DNA from: an uncultured Verrucomicrobiae bacterium
GTDB taxonomy: Bacteria > Verrucomicrobiota > Verrucomicrobiia > Chthoniobacterales > JAFAMB01
Direction: 5' to 3'
DNA: 64,000 nt
Assembly (NCBI GenBank): GCA_963813025.1
Contig: CAWEXO010000005.1
Span: 192,001 to 256,000, forward strand
The notes beneath the pieces are model-generated. The model ran no database searches. It was not told where the DNA came from and worked only from the letters and a program-made list of their open reading frames with translations. Made by a program: the position numbers and the translations under genes. Shown here piece after piece: positions 10,311 through 21,296 of this stretch. How positions within the stretch are numbered: position 1 is the stretch's first letter; each line of letters opens with the position of its first letter.

Positions 10311-10439
10311 CTCAATACTCATGCTTCGGGTTCCAGAACGGTGATTCTGCTGCTGATCAGTTCCTCGCATGCTCTCTCGTACCATACAAAGCTGTGGATG
10401 AGGAGTAGTTTTTCAGCAGCCTGCTAGCTAAAGCCTGTT

Positions 10440-10788
10440 GCGAAATGGTTAAATTTTTTTCGCCTTGGTCGCGATGAGTCGCTCCTTGTTTAAGGAGGCA
10501 AGTTCGCGCAAACGATCCTGAAGTTGACCAAGCGTCGACTCCCAGCCGGATTTGAGCCTCTAGATGGTGGGGAACATAGTAGCCGGTGGTTTTTTCGGTC
10601 TTTCCGCGATAGCTGATATATAAATGTGGACCGTGTTTAGGGCCGCCATGGTGGCAGCGGCAGTCTGGATTTCCACATCGGCGATAAGTCTCAGATAACG
10701 ATCCGTAAATGGCCGCCTGTGCCAATTGCCTAATCTGCCTGAGCAGTTGCAGCCGGGCAGCGGAAGCTTGGTTTTTGGTCGTTGGCAT
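10440..10788 (-). pseudogene. Small Cys/His passenger ORF of the IS (DUF6788-like), probably frameshifted near 3' end
   Basis: GSLSETYRRCGNPDCRCHHGGPKHGPHLYIS, directly downstream of the transposase. Confidence 0.65.
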
Positions 10789-11498
10789 CGCTTCACCCAC
10801 TACGACAGCGCTCATTGCCGTTCTTCACACGGGCTCGACTCATCGCCACAAGATTGTGGGCGATGATGCACCAGCCAACGTGTCTTTCAAATCCAATCTC
10901 ACCCTTGTAAAAGGCCCGCCGCATGCCGAAACAGTGTTTGAGCGTGCTCAGCCGCGCTTCAATGCCTGTTCTCCAGCCTTGGCCACGCCGAAACCAGCGC
11001 TGTTTCTGTCGCGCAGCTCGGGCGGCGCTTAAGCGACCGCAGCGCGGCAGCACTACTTGCTTGACTCCCAGCTCCAAGCGCAGCCTTTTCGTTGGCACTA
11101 CTCCAGAAGCCTCGGTCAGCCGCAGCCAATTCTGGTGCTCGACCGAATCGCTCCAGATGTGTTTCCAGCGCCGGCATCCACTGTTGCCGATCGCAAAGGT
11201 TGCCCGGGGCCACAGCATAATTGCTGACCAGCCCGTTTTCGACTTCGTCGATCCGGACCAAGCGACCAAATTCATTGGGTTTGTGAGCTTTACCCTTGCG
11301 AATGACCACACTGTGGGGCTCAAAGAGGCTCAAGATTTTCTCCGGATGGCGCGTCTGTGCCTGGAAAATTCGCGCCCGACTCTGAGCGATAACTTTCTCA
11401 ACCAAGGGCAGGTAATGTTTGAGAGAAGCTTCTGCTGCAAGGACCTTCAAAGAAGTCTCCTGCCGGGCCACTAATTGGCCATTTTTGAGAGCCGTAAG

Positions 11499-12911
11499 GA
11501 GTTATAACCGAATTTTGTGGATGAGGAGATAAAGAAAGGCGCATCCTTTCAGCAAGAAAAAGAAACGATGGCGGTCTCACTCGAGGGCGCCAAAAAAGAA
11601 AGGATGCACCAGTGCCAGAGAATAAAGTGGTCTCGCTCGATGAGCGAGCAAAAGATGAAGAGAAGCCATTCCTGGAGCAGTTGCTGCAGGAAGGAGCCAG
11701 GAAGCTGTTACAGGCGGCAATCGAGAATGAGGTGATCGACTATATCCAATTCCACAAGGATCGACGGGATGAGAATGGACAGCGGTTGGTGGTACGCAAT
11801 GGACACCTGCCGGAGCGGGAAGTGGTTAGTGGAGTCGGTCCGATCCGGGTTCGTCAGCCACGGATCCGGCATCGTGACAGGGGTCGCTTTTCCAGTGCGA
11901 TTCTGCCCAAGTACATGCGTCGGGCTCGAGAGCGTCGATGCACTGATTCCAGCCCTTTACCTGAAAGGGATCTCGACTGGAGATTTCAGTGAAGCGTTGG
12001 CAGCGATTTTGGGCGAAGGAGCCAGTGGACTATCAGCAACCAATATCGTCCGGTTGAAGGCCGGGTGGGAAAGCGACTATAAGGCGTGGACTCAGCGCGA
12101 CTTAAGTCAGAAGCGTTACGTTTACTGGTGGGCCGACGGAGTTTATTTCAACGTCCGGCTCGATGAGGAACGAACCTGCGTGCTGATCTTGATTGGAGCT
12201 ACCGAGGATGGCACCAAGGAACTCTTAGCGGTTGTCGATGGGTATCGGGAAAGCACCCAATCCTGGCGCGAACTGCTTGGGCAGCTCAAACGCTTGGGTC
12301 TGTCTAGCGCACCGAAGCTGGCCATCGGTGATGGTTCGCTTGGCTTTTGGATCGCTCTCCAGGAAGAATATGGCCAAATCGCCCAACAGCGCTGCTGGGT
12401 ACACAAAACGGCTAACATCCTGGATAAAATGCCTAAGAGCGTTCAGGGCAAGGCCAAGCAACTGATCCATGAAATGTACCTGGCGGCGACCCGCAAAGCA
12501 GCTCTGGCCGCCTACGATCAGTTCATCTCCAGTTACCAGACTAAATTCCCTAAAGCCTGCGAGTGCCTGCAGAAAGATCAAGAAGTCCTGTTTACCTTTT
12601 ATGACTTTCCGGCTCAACATTGGCCGCATTTACGGACAACCAACCCCATCGAATCCACCTTCGCTACCGTTCGGCTGCGAACTCATCGAACCAAGGGTTC
12701 CGGTTCACGAATCGCAACCCTGACCATGGTCTTTAAACTCGGCCTGGAAGCCCAAAAGCACTGGCGTCGGCTTCAGGGCTTCGAACTGATTCCAAAGGTA
12801 GTCACCGGTGTCCGATTCGTCGATGGCGAAGAACAAGCTCAACAGGCCGCCTAACCAAGTTATTTTAAAAGGATGCGCCCATCCCCGATACACAACTTTT
12901 GACAATATCTC
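11499..12911 (+). mobile_element. IS256 family element with 9-bp target-site duplication
   Basis: AGCCGTAAG direct repeats at 11490-11498 and 12912-12920; imperfect IRs GAGTTATAACCGAATTTTGTG / GAGATATTGTCAAAAGTTGTG. Confidence 0.93.
11612..12854 (+). pseudogene. IS256 transposase with one frameshift near 11925
   Basis: VVRNGHLPER, YLKGISTGDF, YWWADGVY, LAIGDGSLGFW, QRCWVHK, LRTTNPIESTF. Confidence 0.9.
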
Positions 12912-13772
12912 AGCCGTAAGCACCGATAGGCCCTGAGTCCTTACTCCTTGGGTCAGTCCGATGAGCTTTGTATAGCTTTGCTTTAACTGCTCCTGGCCTG
13001 CTTGCGTAAAAGTCCGGGCCGCTCGGCCAATCTCCAACACTCGATGTTTGACCGCCCGAGCATGATGGACAATGCGAAGCTCCGATTCCTGACAACCTCC
13101 GGCGATACGTTGCAAAGACCGGCTCATGACCCGCACTGAATCGGCCAGCAACGAGCTGTCGGTTGGGTGGTGAATATTCGTTTCGACCGCGGTGGTATCG
13201 GTGCGCAGCTTCTTTCCGGCAATGATGGTCGCCGCTTTGGCCTGCTGTGCGATCTGCTGGTGAATCTGCTCAGTGCCTTCCTTGCCAAAGAGCGCAAAAG
13301 CCCGACACAGATTGCTAAAATCTGGAATCGGATCCTCATAAAAGCGCGTGAAGCGTCGAACTAGAGAAGGCTGACTCGCAGTTCGTGGTGCAGTTCACGG
13401 TAGGACCAACCTTTGATGTGCTTAAGCACCGCACAGCGCAGCAGCCGATCCGGCGCAATTCCTTCGCGGCCAACTTTGCCTGAGCCTGGCGAGCGGCTCG
13501 TCAAAGCCCGAGTGCTCAAAGCCAATAAGCCCGGGTCGTCAAGCAGCCCATCAACCGAATCGAGCACCGGGTCAGTAATGGTGGCTACTTCCTTGAAGAA
13601 AGCGAAAGCAAATAGAGAAGCTGGCCGAACGGCCTTACCGATCACTACCTAATCGATATAGTCGATTAGGTAACTCCCGACAACAACAAAATCAAAATTT
13701 CTTTGAAGAACTACTCGTTCGCCCTCCGCCGCGCCACGCCGAGGGGAAAAACCATTTCGCAACAGCCTTTAG

Positions 13773-14460
13773 CTAGTACGGATGGAGCTTCCAAAACGCG
13801 TCAATATCAGACTGCTCCTTGATCACATCGCGGTAATGCCGGTAAAGCATGTTCGTATCGCGGTGCCCCATGGATTCGGAAGTAAGGCCGGCATGCTGGG
13901 ATTTGGCCAAATGGTACGAACCGTAGCTGTTGCCGCAGGCAATCTTTAGCCATGGGTTCCACTTCTCACCCCCCGCTTTCTGAAAAGCTCTGAACTTCCA
14001 TCGAAAATTGATACAGATTTTCCCCCTGCCGTTTTCAGGCCGATATGGCTTTAACCACTCAATCAGGTTTGGTTCCATCGGTATAATCCGGCGATCTCTG
14101 CCTTGGCTTTTGCGGCCGGCAGATCGATATGCTTTCGCTCGAAATCTATATCTCCCCAGTCAAGCCGGAGGGTTTCATCAGGTCGAACACCAGCAAACAG
14201 GCCTATCGTAAGCCAAGGGATCAAGTCGCCTGGATGGACGCTAATAATTGAAACTTTGCCTTTCGCCACACGCAGAGGTTCTTTTATCTCCGTCAGGGCC
14301 AGATCGAGGAGCTCCTTGATTTCCTTAATTGTAAGAACCCTTGGCGACCCTTTTTCGCCGGACTCTTCTGTCTCAATTCCTTTACACGGATTCTCCGTCA
14401 TATCATGAAATTGAACTGCCCAGGAAAAAAGCACTGACAAGTTTCTAAGCATGTTCCCCT
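13773..14460 (-). pseudogene. Tyrosine recombinase/phage integrase C-terminal remnant, frameshifted
   Basis: GLFAGVRPDETLRLDWGDID..., SYGSYHLA, MGHRDTNMLYRHY. Confidence 0.8.
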
Positions 14461-14489
14461 CTCCCTGAGGCTGGAGCTTCAGACAAGCT

Positions 14490-14600
14490 GGGGATAATGG
14501 TCGTTGAAAATCGTTCGGCTGCGGGAGAGGAGCCGCACCCCCTTGCCAGCCTTGAAGGCGAGCGCGGTAGCCGTCGAATTTCATCTCATAGAGTCAATCG
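14490..14600 (-). pseudogene. ATP-dependent DNA ligase (LigD-like) adenylation-motif fragment
   Basis: EMKFDGYRA followed in shifted frame by LAFKAGKGVRLLSR. Confidence 0.65.
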
Positions 14601-14727
14601 CCGGACGGGAGATCCCGGACTCGGAGCGCCTTCATGGGTTCAATGAAGTTGGTTGCCGCTGGGGTGTTCTGTTTCATCGATTTCCATGCGGATCGCCGGC
14701 TGGCCAGGTCGAACCTGTTGCACAGGC

Positions 14728-16658
14728 TCAAATCGGCGTGAAGTCTCCGGCGGCGTTAACTTCCTGAACTATATACCTGGTAAACCCTTTCTTGTCCGAA
14801 TTAAACACGTTGCTAACTGTGACGTACACGGAGTTATAAACGATCCCGATGAGGTACTTTTCTTCGTTCAGAACTCCATAAACTCGATAATGCGAAGAAG
14901 GCTCGAATGAATCGCTCCAATCCAAGACGTCGGCGGACGGGAATGGCCTCGTCCATGGTTTCTTTACAGCCTGAGCCCTGTCCAGAAAGGTTAATTCGCC
15001 CAAACGGATCTCGCCCTCAGGAGAAGCCTGCTTCACTCTAATGTGGATGCCGCTCAGGGTTTGGCCTTCCAGACTCGCTGGTACGGTATAGGTCATCTGT
15101 TTCCAGCCGTTGGTGACCGGCACTACTTGCGGGTTGGTTAGCTCATGATCCCCGAGGATCGGCGCCACATCGACGCCTTGTCCCTTGACGGTGAGGGACA
15201 GGATGTTTGTCGCCGTAAGGATGATCTCAGTCTTGTACAACCAGATGGTGATCGGATCAGTGAGGTTAACGCCTTTGAATGAAATACGCAGGCTCGAACC
15301 GCCTGTAAACGCATCGTCGTAATCAACGGCAGTGTCGTCTATCCTGGTATCGCTCGTGCCGCCGGAAAAGTTGAAACGCCAGGTCGGCAACAGGCTCTGG
15401 TCACTTAAGTTATTCCATGGTCCCATTGATTTCCTTTCGCCGCGGATATTGTAAAAGTCGCCTTCGCCACCGTTGAACCAGGTCACGAAAGGAGTGGAAG
15501 TGATGACGGACCTTTCTTTCACGTAATGACCAATACATTCCTCGGGCTTGATTGGATTCTTTCCCGGCTTAGGCCAATCCACGAAAAACTTCGTCGTCCC
15601 CGCCCAGAACGCCCGGTCGTTATAATGAAACGTCTCGCGGGAGGGCAGTGTCTGGGTGTTTGAGTCAATTCCGTGGTACATGACCCAATCGGGTGCATAG
15701 GATCCCAAGGCTGTGTAGTATCCCGGTGGTTGGCCTGCAGGGACATCGACGAGAGCAAGGGCAGTGAAAAAGGAGCCTTGGTAAGGCTGTGTTTGGCGAT
15801 AACAGTCCATCATCATACAGACCCGATTGCGCGCCTCGAGAGCATCATTTTCTGGGAGGTGCTGTTTCAGCACTTCCCAGGAAACCTCAGGGTAGTTGTT
15901 TGTGCCTGGATAGGCCGGCCCCCACGCGTAATTGGCTTGGAAATAACCCGCAGCCTCGAAAACGGATATGCATCTTCAGTCAAACGATTGCTAAAACCCT
16001 TGCTGAGGGGTGCATCGTACCACACTACGGTAAGCCCAGCCTCTTTCAGGCTGGACATTACGTCAGTCATGCCGGACCGAACTGTGAAATTGTATTCCTC
16101 ATAGTTGAACAGGTAGCCATCAAATCTATAGTAGCCGGCGATGTCCTTCAGTATTGTTAAAGCCTCTTCGAGATAAATTGGTTTCGGCTGAGGCGGGGGC
16201 GTTGGCTCCTTGTTGAGAAAATGGACGACATCGTCTTCTGTGAAATTGCCGCCGCTCTCACTCCAGTTCAAATTCAGCGTACCCAGGCTCCTCACACCAT
16301 TCTTGTGTGCGGCGTTGGTCCAAACAGGGGGAGGGATCGTCAGTAACTGGTGCCCAAAATAGTAGAAGATATCCAGGTACTGCCAGAAACTGAAGTTGTA
16401 CACATTCGCTGCTGTTCGATTGCCGTCATCTGACTGCCCATGCCCACCCTGACTCTTCTCGTCAAACCAGGTATCATACTGCCAGGGGCCCATGTCAAAC
16501 CCCGCCCATGAACCCTTACCATAGACCGGAATCCTCTGTGCCAGGGGAACCCGCGCAACACTAGCGCCCTCCTTCAGAGAACCCCAGTCCCGGAGTTGGC
16601 TCATAGTTTCAATCGCCTTGATCGTTGGCTCAATTGCCCCGCTATCTTTGCCGCTCAT
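14728..16658 (-). pseudogene. Glycoside hydrolase family 85 endo-beta-N-acetylglucosaminidase, one frameshift near 15960
   Basis: YNFSFWQYLDIFYYF, IPPPVWTNAAHKNGVRSLGT, YYRFDGYLFNYE, VVWYDA, PFVTWFNGGEG, WNNLSDQSLLPTWR, DAFTGGSSL. Confidence 0.85.
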
Positions 16659-16899
16659 TTTGGTCTCCCTTCCCTGCTGTGCTGCCTCGATTTCTAAGTA
16701 AGCGCGACGACTTTTTGCCGTGCTAGACTCGACACCGACCGTCACCCGAAACTCATGCTTCGGCATCCCTTGTTCCCCTTTCACGGTCGACCTGAAGATC
16801 GAAGTTAGGTTTTAGCGTATTCATGGGCTTGGGTGAATTAAGGCTAGCACTGCTGCCAGCAGAAGTGAAGCCCTTGCGCATATCGCAGCAATCGACCAA

Positions 16900-17540
16900 C
16901 AAATAGATCTCGGAGGTCGTCAGCCAGCCCGGATTCCTTGCGCTACCCACATAGACTGGATAGGAACTCCAGCGATAGCTTCGTAGCTCCTCCACTCGGG
17001 CTCTCACCAGCATCGCCTCCGGCTCCAAGGTTTGGGCGTCAACCTTGAGCCCCGCTCACCCGCACCGGGCCGCCCTTCATGACCCCCGAGTTCTTTCACG
17101 CGCACCGGATTAAGGTGGATATAGCGGTTGATAGTCAAAGCCGCTTTGCTCGAATCGTGGAGCGTGGATTTGAACCTACCTTGGAACAAGGGACCGACTC
17201 GCCGGTATCTCCGGTTAAACCAGGCTCCGTAAGTGAGATTGAGCCACTGCATGGCTGGACTGAGGTTGGCCTCCAGCGTTTCGAGCTGCAAATGATAATG
17301 GTTGCCCATCAGGACATAGCCGTGGATCCGAATGGAGAATCGATTCGGGAACTGACCGAGAAGCTCCAGAAAGAAACGAGTGCTCGCCTCGTCCGGAAAG
17401 ATCGTTCTTCTTTCCACTCCGCGACTGACGACATGGAGCCATCCGCCGGGGATATTGAGCCGTAGCGCGCGAGCCATCGCAGCCAAACAACCAGCAACTT
17501 TGTGTTGGCCAGATCAAGGTTGAAAATTGAGATTTGACCC
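16900..17540 (-). mobile_element. 5' fragment of HUH/Y1 (RAYT-like) transposase element, copy 3
   Basis: MARALR...HVVSRGVERRTIF...YVLMGNHYHL (HUH)...LFQGRFKS...RYIHLNPVR, then YRWSSY; 22-bp terminal repeat at 17519-17540. Confidence 0.9.
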
Positions 17541-17642
17541 CTTGCTGCATAGGCAGCTAAACATGGACTCGGGATCCATGGCGCTCACTTATCTCACCGC
17601 TTGACAATCCATCTATTTTCGGTCACGTCTAGACGGTCGTTT

Positions 17643-17658
17643 ACTGAAACGTTTCAGT
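17643..17658. promoter_or_regulatory. LacI-family operator
   Basis: Perfect 16-bp palindrome ACTGAAACGTTTCAGT with central CG, 30 bp upstream of the ABC operon start; TTGACA at 17601. Confidence 0.75.
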
Positions 17659-17687
17659 CCTCCCCCCAACCCATTCTCAAAAGGTTT

Positions 17688-18950
17688 ATGAAAACCCGAA
17701 TTAGAGCGGCGCTTACCTTCCTCATCCTGGCAGCTTCTATCTCAACTTCTCAATGGGCTGCAGCATCCGAGCCTGTCACTATAGATTTCTGGATTTTTCA
17801 AGATTTTCTCGCCGGCAACGCCGGGACGCTGATCAAGAAATTTGCGTCAGAATTTGAAAATGCGAATCCTGGCATCAAGGTCCACTTAGTAGGCAAAACG
17901 GCACCGGACATTTTGTCTGGAGTCATCATGGGTGCTGGCTCGGGGGCATTGCCCGATGCTATCACCACTCAATACGCGTACGCCGGGTCCCTCGTAAAAG
18001 CAGGCCTCATCAAAGATGTTTCATCGGAGTGGACCGCGATGCCCTCATCGTGGCAACAACAATTTTCGCCCTGGGCGGTGAAGATCTTGACTAAGGACAA
18101 GCAAGTGTTAGGCATCCCGTTTACCGGATACGCAAGCATATTGTATCGCAATCTAACGGTTCTGCGGAAAGCTGGAATAGATCCCGAGGTCGGTGTCAAG
18201 GATTGGGCAGATTGGCTGGCTCAGTCAAAAAAGATCAAAGAAAGTGGTTTCTTTGCATCAGCTAAATACCTGGATTTTCCTTGGGGACATCTGAGTTTCT
18301 ATGGCGGCGTCAAAGGCGCACAAATGGGATTGAGCCCCGACGGCAAATCTTTAACGATGGATGTGTCTAAGTACGCTGATGCCCTTGCATTCATGAAGGA
18401 TTTCCAATCTTATAGCTCCGATGTGAGCTTTGCTGACCAGGCAGCAACCGACCTCTTTACTACCAATAAGATGGCCTTCATGGTTACTGGTCCATTCGCA
18501 GACCCGTCGTTCGAGCAAGCAAAAAAAGAAAAGGGCTTGGAGTACGACTACATCCTAATACCTGGCCAAACTGCAGATACCCACGGCGGTGTGTACGGTG
18601 GCGAATTTTTAGCCGTGTTGAGAACAGCCAAAGCTGACGCCGCCTGGAAATGGGCGAGCTTCTTAGCCGATTCAGCACAAATGAAGCGCTTTGCCGCTGG
18701 TCTCGGACGTTACGTCTCCAACGACATCGTCCTCGCCGATCCCAAAATCAAAAACAACGCCCTCGTACAACTGACGTCTAAAGCGTTTGAAACAGCAGTC
18801 CCCGAAAGTCCCTTTATGGTCGACTTGCCCGAGCAATTTTTCCAGCCGATGGCCGACAATGGCAGTCTTATCTTGCTCGGCAAGGAAACTCCGCAACAGG
18901 CTGCTAAGAGCGCCATCGACCAGATGAACCAAGCTCTTCGAAATCATTGA
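17688..18950 (+). CDS. Carbohydrate ABC transporter substrate-binding protein
   Basis: Signal peptide; FENANPGIKV, ILYRNLTVLRKAGI, AAWKWASFL. Confidence 0.9.
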   Translation: MKTRIRAALTFLILAASISTSQWAAASEPVTIDFWIFQDFLAGNAGTLIKKFASEFENANPGIKVHLVGKTAPDILSGVIMGAGSGALPDAITTQYAYAGSLVKAGLIKDVSSEWTAMPSSWQQQFSPWAVKILTKDKQVLGIPFTGYASILYRNLTVLRKAGIDPEVGVKDWADWLAQSKKIKESGFFASAKYLDFPWGHLSFYGGVKGAQMGLSPDGKSLTMDVSKYADALAFMKDFQSYSSDVSFADQAATDLFTTNKMAFMVTGPFADPSFEQAKKEKGLEYDYILIPGQTADTHGGVYGGEFLAVLRTAKADAAWKWASFLADSAQMKRFAAGLGRYVSNDIVLADPKIKNNALVQLTSKAFETAVPESPFMVDLPEQFFQPMADNGSLILLGKETPQQAAKSAIDQMNQALRNH

Positions 18951-19267
18951 ACTCAATCTCTGAGGTCGTCGAGTTGCTTTAAAAGAAACTGCTAGCTTAT
19001 GGGATCCGGGCCGGATCTTCGCGATATCTACTCTGAGCGGTCCCGGAGTCACAAGATTGCGTGCCTCGACGACCTTGAGGCAATTTCGCGCAGCTTACCG
19101 CCGCATCGAATGCAGGTCGCACAACCTGAACTAATTTCCCACTACACTACAATAGTATCGAATGCGGGGAGAAACTAACCCCAGCGGTCCAATACCACGA
19201 GCATGCCTCTACAGAAGCTTCTCCACCGAATTTCCGCAGCTTCCCCCCGGAGTTCAAGAAATACACC

Positions 19268-20179
19268 ATGACTACCCAGAAGCATTATCGCTTCGGTGCA
19301 TACACTAAAAACTATTTGATGATTGCACCGTTTTTCATTCTTTTCGGCGTTTTTACTTTAGGGCCGATGCTCTACGGCATTGGCATAAGCTTCACAAAGT
19401 GGAATGGAATCAATCCCCCGGTCTATGTCGGATTAAGCAACTATGCGGAGGTCATTCGTTCACCAAGATTCGCGAAGGCCTTTTCCAACTTACTCCTCTA
19501 CGTCGCGGTTACCGTTCCTGTCGGGATTAGTCTAGCCTTTTGTATCGCCTTGGTAGTGAACCGCTTTAAAGGTTTTCCCGCACATTTTTTCCGCAGCGCA
19601 TGTTTCCTTCCGACCGTCATTCCATTGTTCCTGACGGCTGTCATTTGGCGCTGGTTGTTAACCCCAGATTTCGGTTTGCTGAACATGGGCCTCACTTTCT
19701 TACGATTGCCCTCACCAAACTGGTTAGGCGATCCAGCGTATATGATTCCAGCATTGGTCATGGCCGATGCCTGGCGTGCAACAGGATTCAACATGGTTAT
19801 TTTCCTTGCCGGTATGAAGAACATACCCAAAGAATACTATGAAGCGGCGACCATTGATGGCGCCAATGCATTCGCGAAGATGCGGTTCATCATGATACCA
19901 GCTCTAGAGCCGGTCTTTTTGTTGGTTATCGTCAATGCGGTTATTTCAGCGCTTCAGATTTTTGATCTCCCATGGCTGATGACCAATTCCAGCTTCAGTG
20001 GCTACGGAGGGCCCTTACAAGGGATGCTATTCCCTGTGATGGATGTCATGGGACGCGGGTTCGGCGGTGGACGCTTTGGAGAGGCCGCCGCGTTGGCATC
20101 TATATTGTTTGTACTTATTCTGAGCGTCACGATCGCGCAGCTGGCATTTCGTCGCCGCTGGACAGATTTAGGAAGTTGA
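19268..20179 (+). CDS. Carbohydrate ABC transporter permease
   Basis: EAA motif IPKEYYEAATIDGAN; multiple TM segments. Confidence 0.92.
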   Translation: MTTQKHYRFGAYTKNYLMIAPFFILFGVFTLGPMLYGIGISFTKWNGINPPVYVGLSNYAEVIRSPRFAKAFSNLLLYVAVTVPVGISLAFCIALVVNRFKGFPAHFFRSACFLPTVIPLFLTAVIWRWLLTPDFGLLNMGLTFLRLPSPNWLGDPAYMIPALVMADAWRATGFNMVIFLAGMKNIPKEYYEAATIDGANAFAKMRFIMIPALEPVFLLVIVNAVISALQIFDLPWLMTNSSFSGYGGPLQGMLFPVMDVMGRGFGGGRFGEAAALASILFVLILSVTIAQLAFRRRWTDLGS

Positions 20180-20197
20180 CCCAACTGCCCGCCGAAT

Positions 20198-21097
20198 ATG
20201 GATACTAAATCCCTCATTCGTCCACTATCCCCGGCCGGGAACATTCGCAAGCGGGCTTCTTTTGCCCGTGGGCCCAGTCGTATGGGATTTCTAGCGTGGA
20301 GTTTCGCCGTAATCTGGCTGGTTATAACTACATTGCCCATTTGGTGGATATTCAACATCGTCTTCAGCAAAGGTGGGTCGGCAGCTGCACTTTCGCCACA
20401 CCTCTATCCTACCTCTTTGCCCTCAGGTTTTCTCCACCTGCAACAAGCCCTGTCTCAAGCGTCTTTTTTACAAGCATATCTGGTTTCCTCAGGATACGCG
20501 TCTCTTCAGGTCAGCGGGATGTTGCTTGTCGTCTCGATGGCTGCTTATGAGTTCACCTTCTACGATTTTCCAGGCAAGAATACCCTGTTTCTAATTGCCT
20601 TGTCTGGACTAATGATGCCGTTTGCCGTAACGCTGATTCCACTATATCGCGTCGTCACAGGTCTTGGCTGGGCTAACTCCCTACAAGGGTTGGCTGTTCC
20701 AGGCATGGCCTCCGCTTTCAGCCTGTTCGTCCTCCGCCAGTTTATGGAGAGCATCCCTATCGAGCTCCTGGACGCTGCCCGCATTGATGGCGCATCACAT
20801 TTTGCCGTGTACTGGAGGATTGTCTTGCCGCTCTCCAGGAATGCTTTACTTACTATCAGCATTCTTTCTTTCATAGCGGCCTGGGGCAACTACATTTGGC
20901 CCCTCGTTATAACCACAAAGCCCGAGTGGTATACGATTAGTGTTACGATGGCGCAATTTTTCGGTTTCCAGACATACACTACGATTGAAATTGTCATGGC
21001 CAGCGCGCTTTTGGCTGCGTTTCCACCGCTCGTTGTCTATGTCTTGCTACAACGTTACATTATTGAAGGCATCGCGGTTGCTGGCTTAAAAGGCTGA
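20198..21097 (+). CDS. Carbohydrate ABC transporter permease
   Basis: IPIELLDAARIDGAS; C-terminal LQRYIIEGIAVAGLKG. Confidence 0.92.
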   Translation: MDTKSLIRPLSPAGNIRKRASFARGPSRMGFLAWSFAVIWLVITTLPIWWIFNIVFSKGGSAAALSPHLYPTSLPSGFLHLQQALSQASFLQAYLVSSGYASLQVSGMLLVVSMAAYEFTFYDFPGKNTLFLIALSGLMMPFAVTLIPLYRVVTGLGWANSLQGLAVPGMASAFSLFVLRQFMESIPIELLDAARIDGASHFAVYWRIVLPLSRNALLTISILSFIAAWGNYIWPLVITTKPEWYTISVTMAQFFGFQTYTTIEIVMASALLAAFPPLVVYVLLQRYIIEGIAVAGLKG

Positions 21098-21296
21098 TAT
21101 TTTGCAAAGAAGATGTTGCTTACCCTTCCCTACGGCGTGACTTTTATTTGCGCCGCCTGGTTTTCAACTATTTGTCCGCACGTGCCACGAGCGGTAGTAT
21201 TTAAGGGCCGCGCAGCCGTCGCGCTTTTGCGACGCGCCAGCGACTGCCCCCTGCGATTCGGCAGGTGTATTTCCAACCAGGCCAAGGGGTTCGCAC

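Larger units (their letters stand above)
10793..13645 (-). pseudogene. DDE transposase (IS5/ISNCY-like) with stop, frameshifts and IS256 insertion
   Basis: Motifs LRTDTTAVETNIHHPTDSSLL, KILSLFEPH..IRKGKAHKPNEFG, AADRGF, WRTGIEARLSTLKH; reading GLSVLTA|LKNGQLVARQ is restored when IS256 is removed. Confidence 0.85.
10428..13772 (-). mobile_element. IS5/ISNCY-type insertion sequence, decayed and interrupted by IS256
   Basis: Terminal inverted repeats CTAAAG(C/G)CTGTTGCGAAATGGT at both ends, flanked by CTAG at 10424-10427 and 13773-13776. Confidence 0.85.

Noticed and set aside
17004..17486. IS200/IS605 element with tnpB or IS91/ISCR rolling-circle element
   Set aside because: No tnpB, no Y2 motif; sequence motifs are RAYT-like and the ends are inverted repeats
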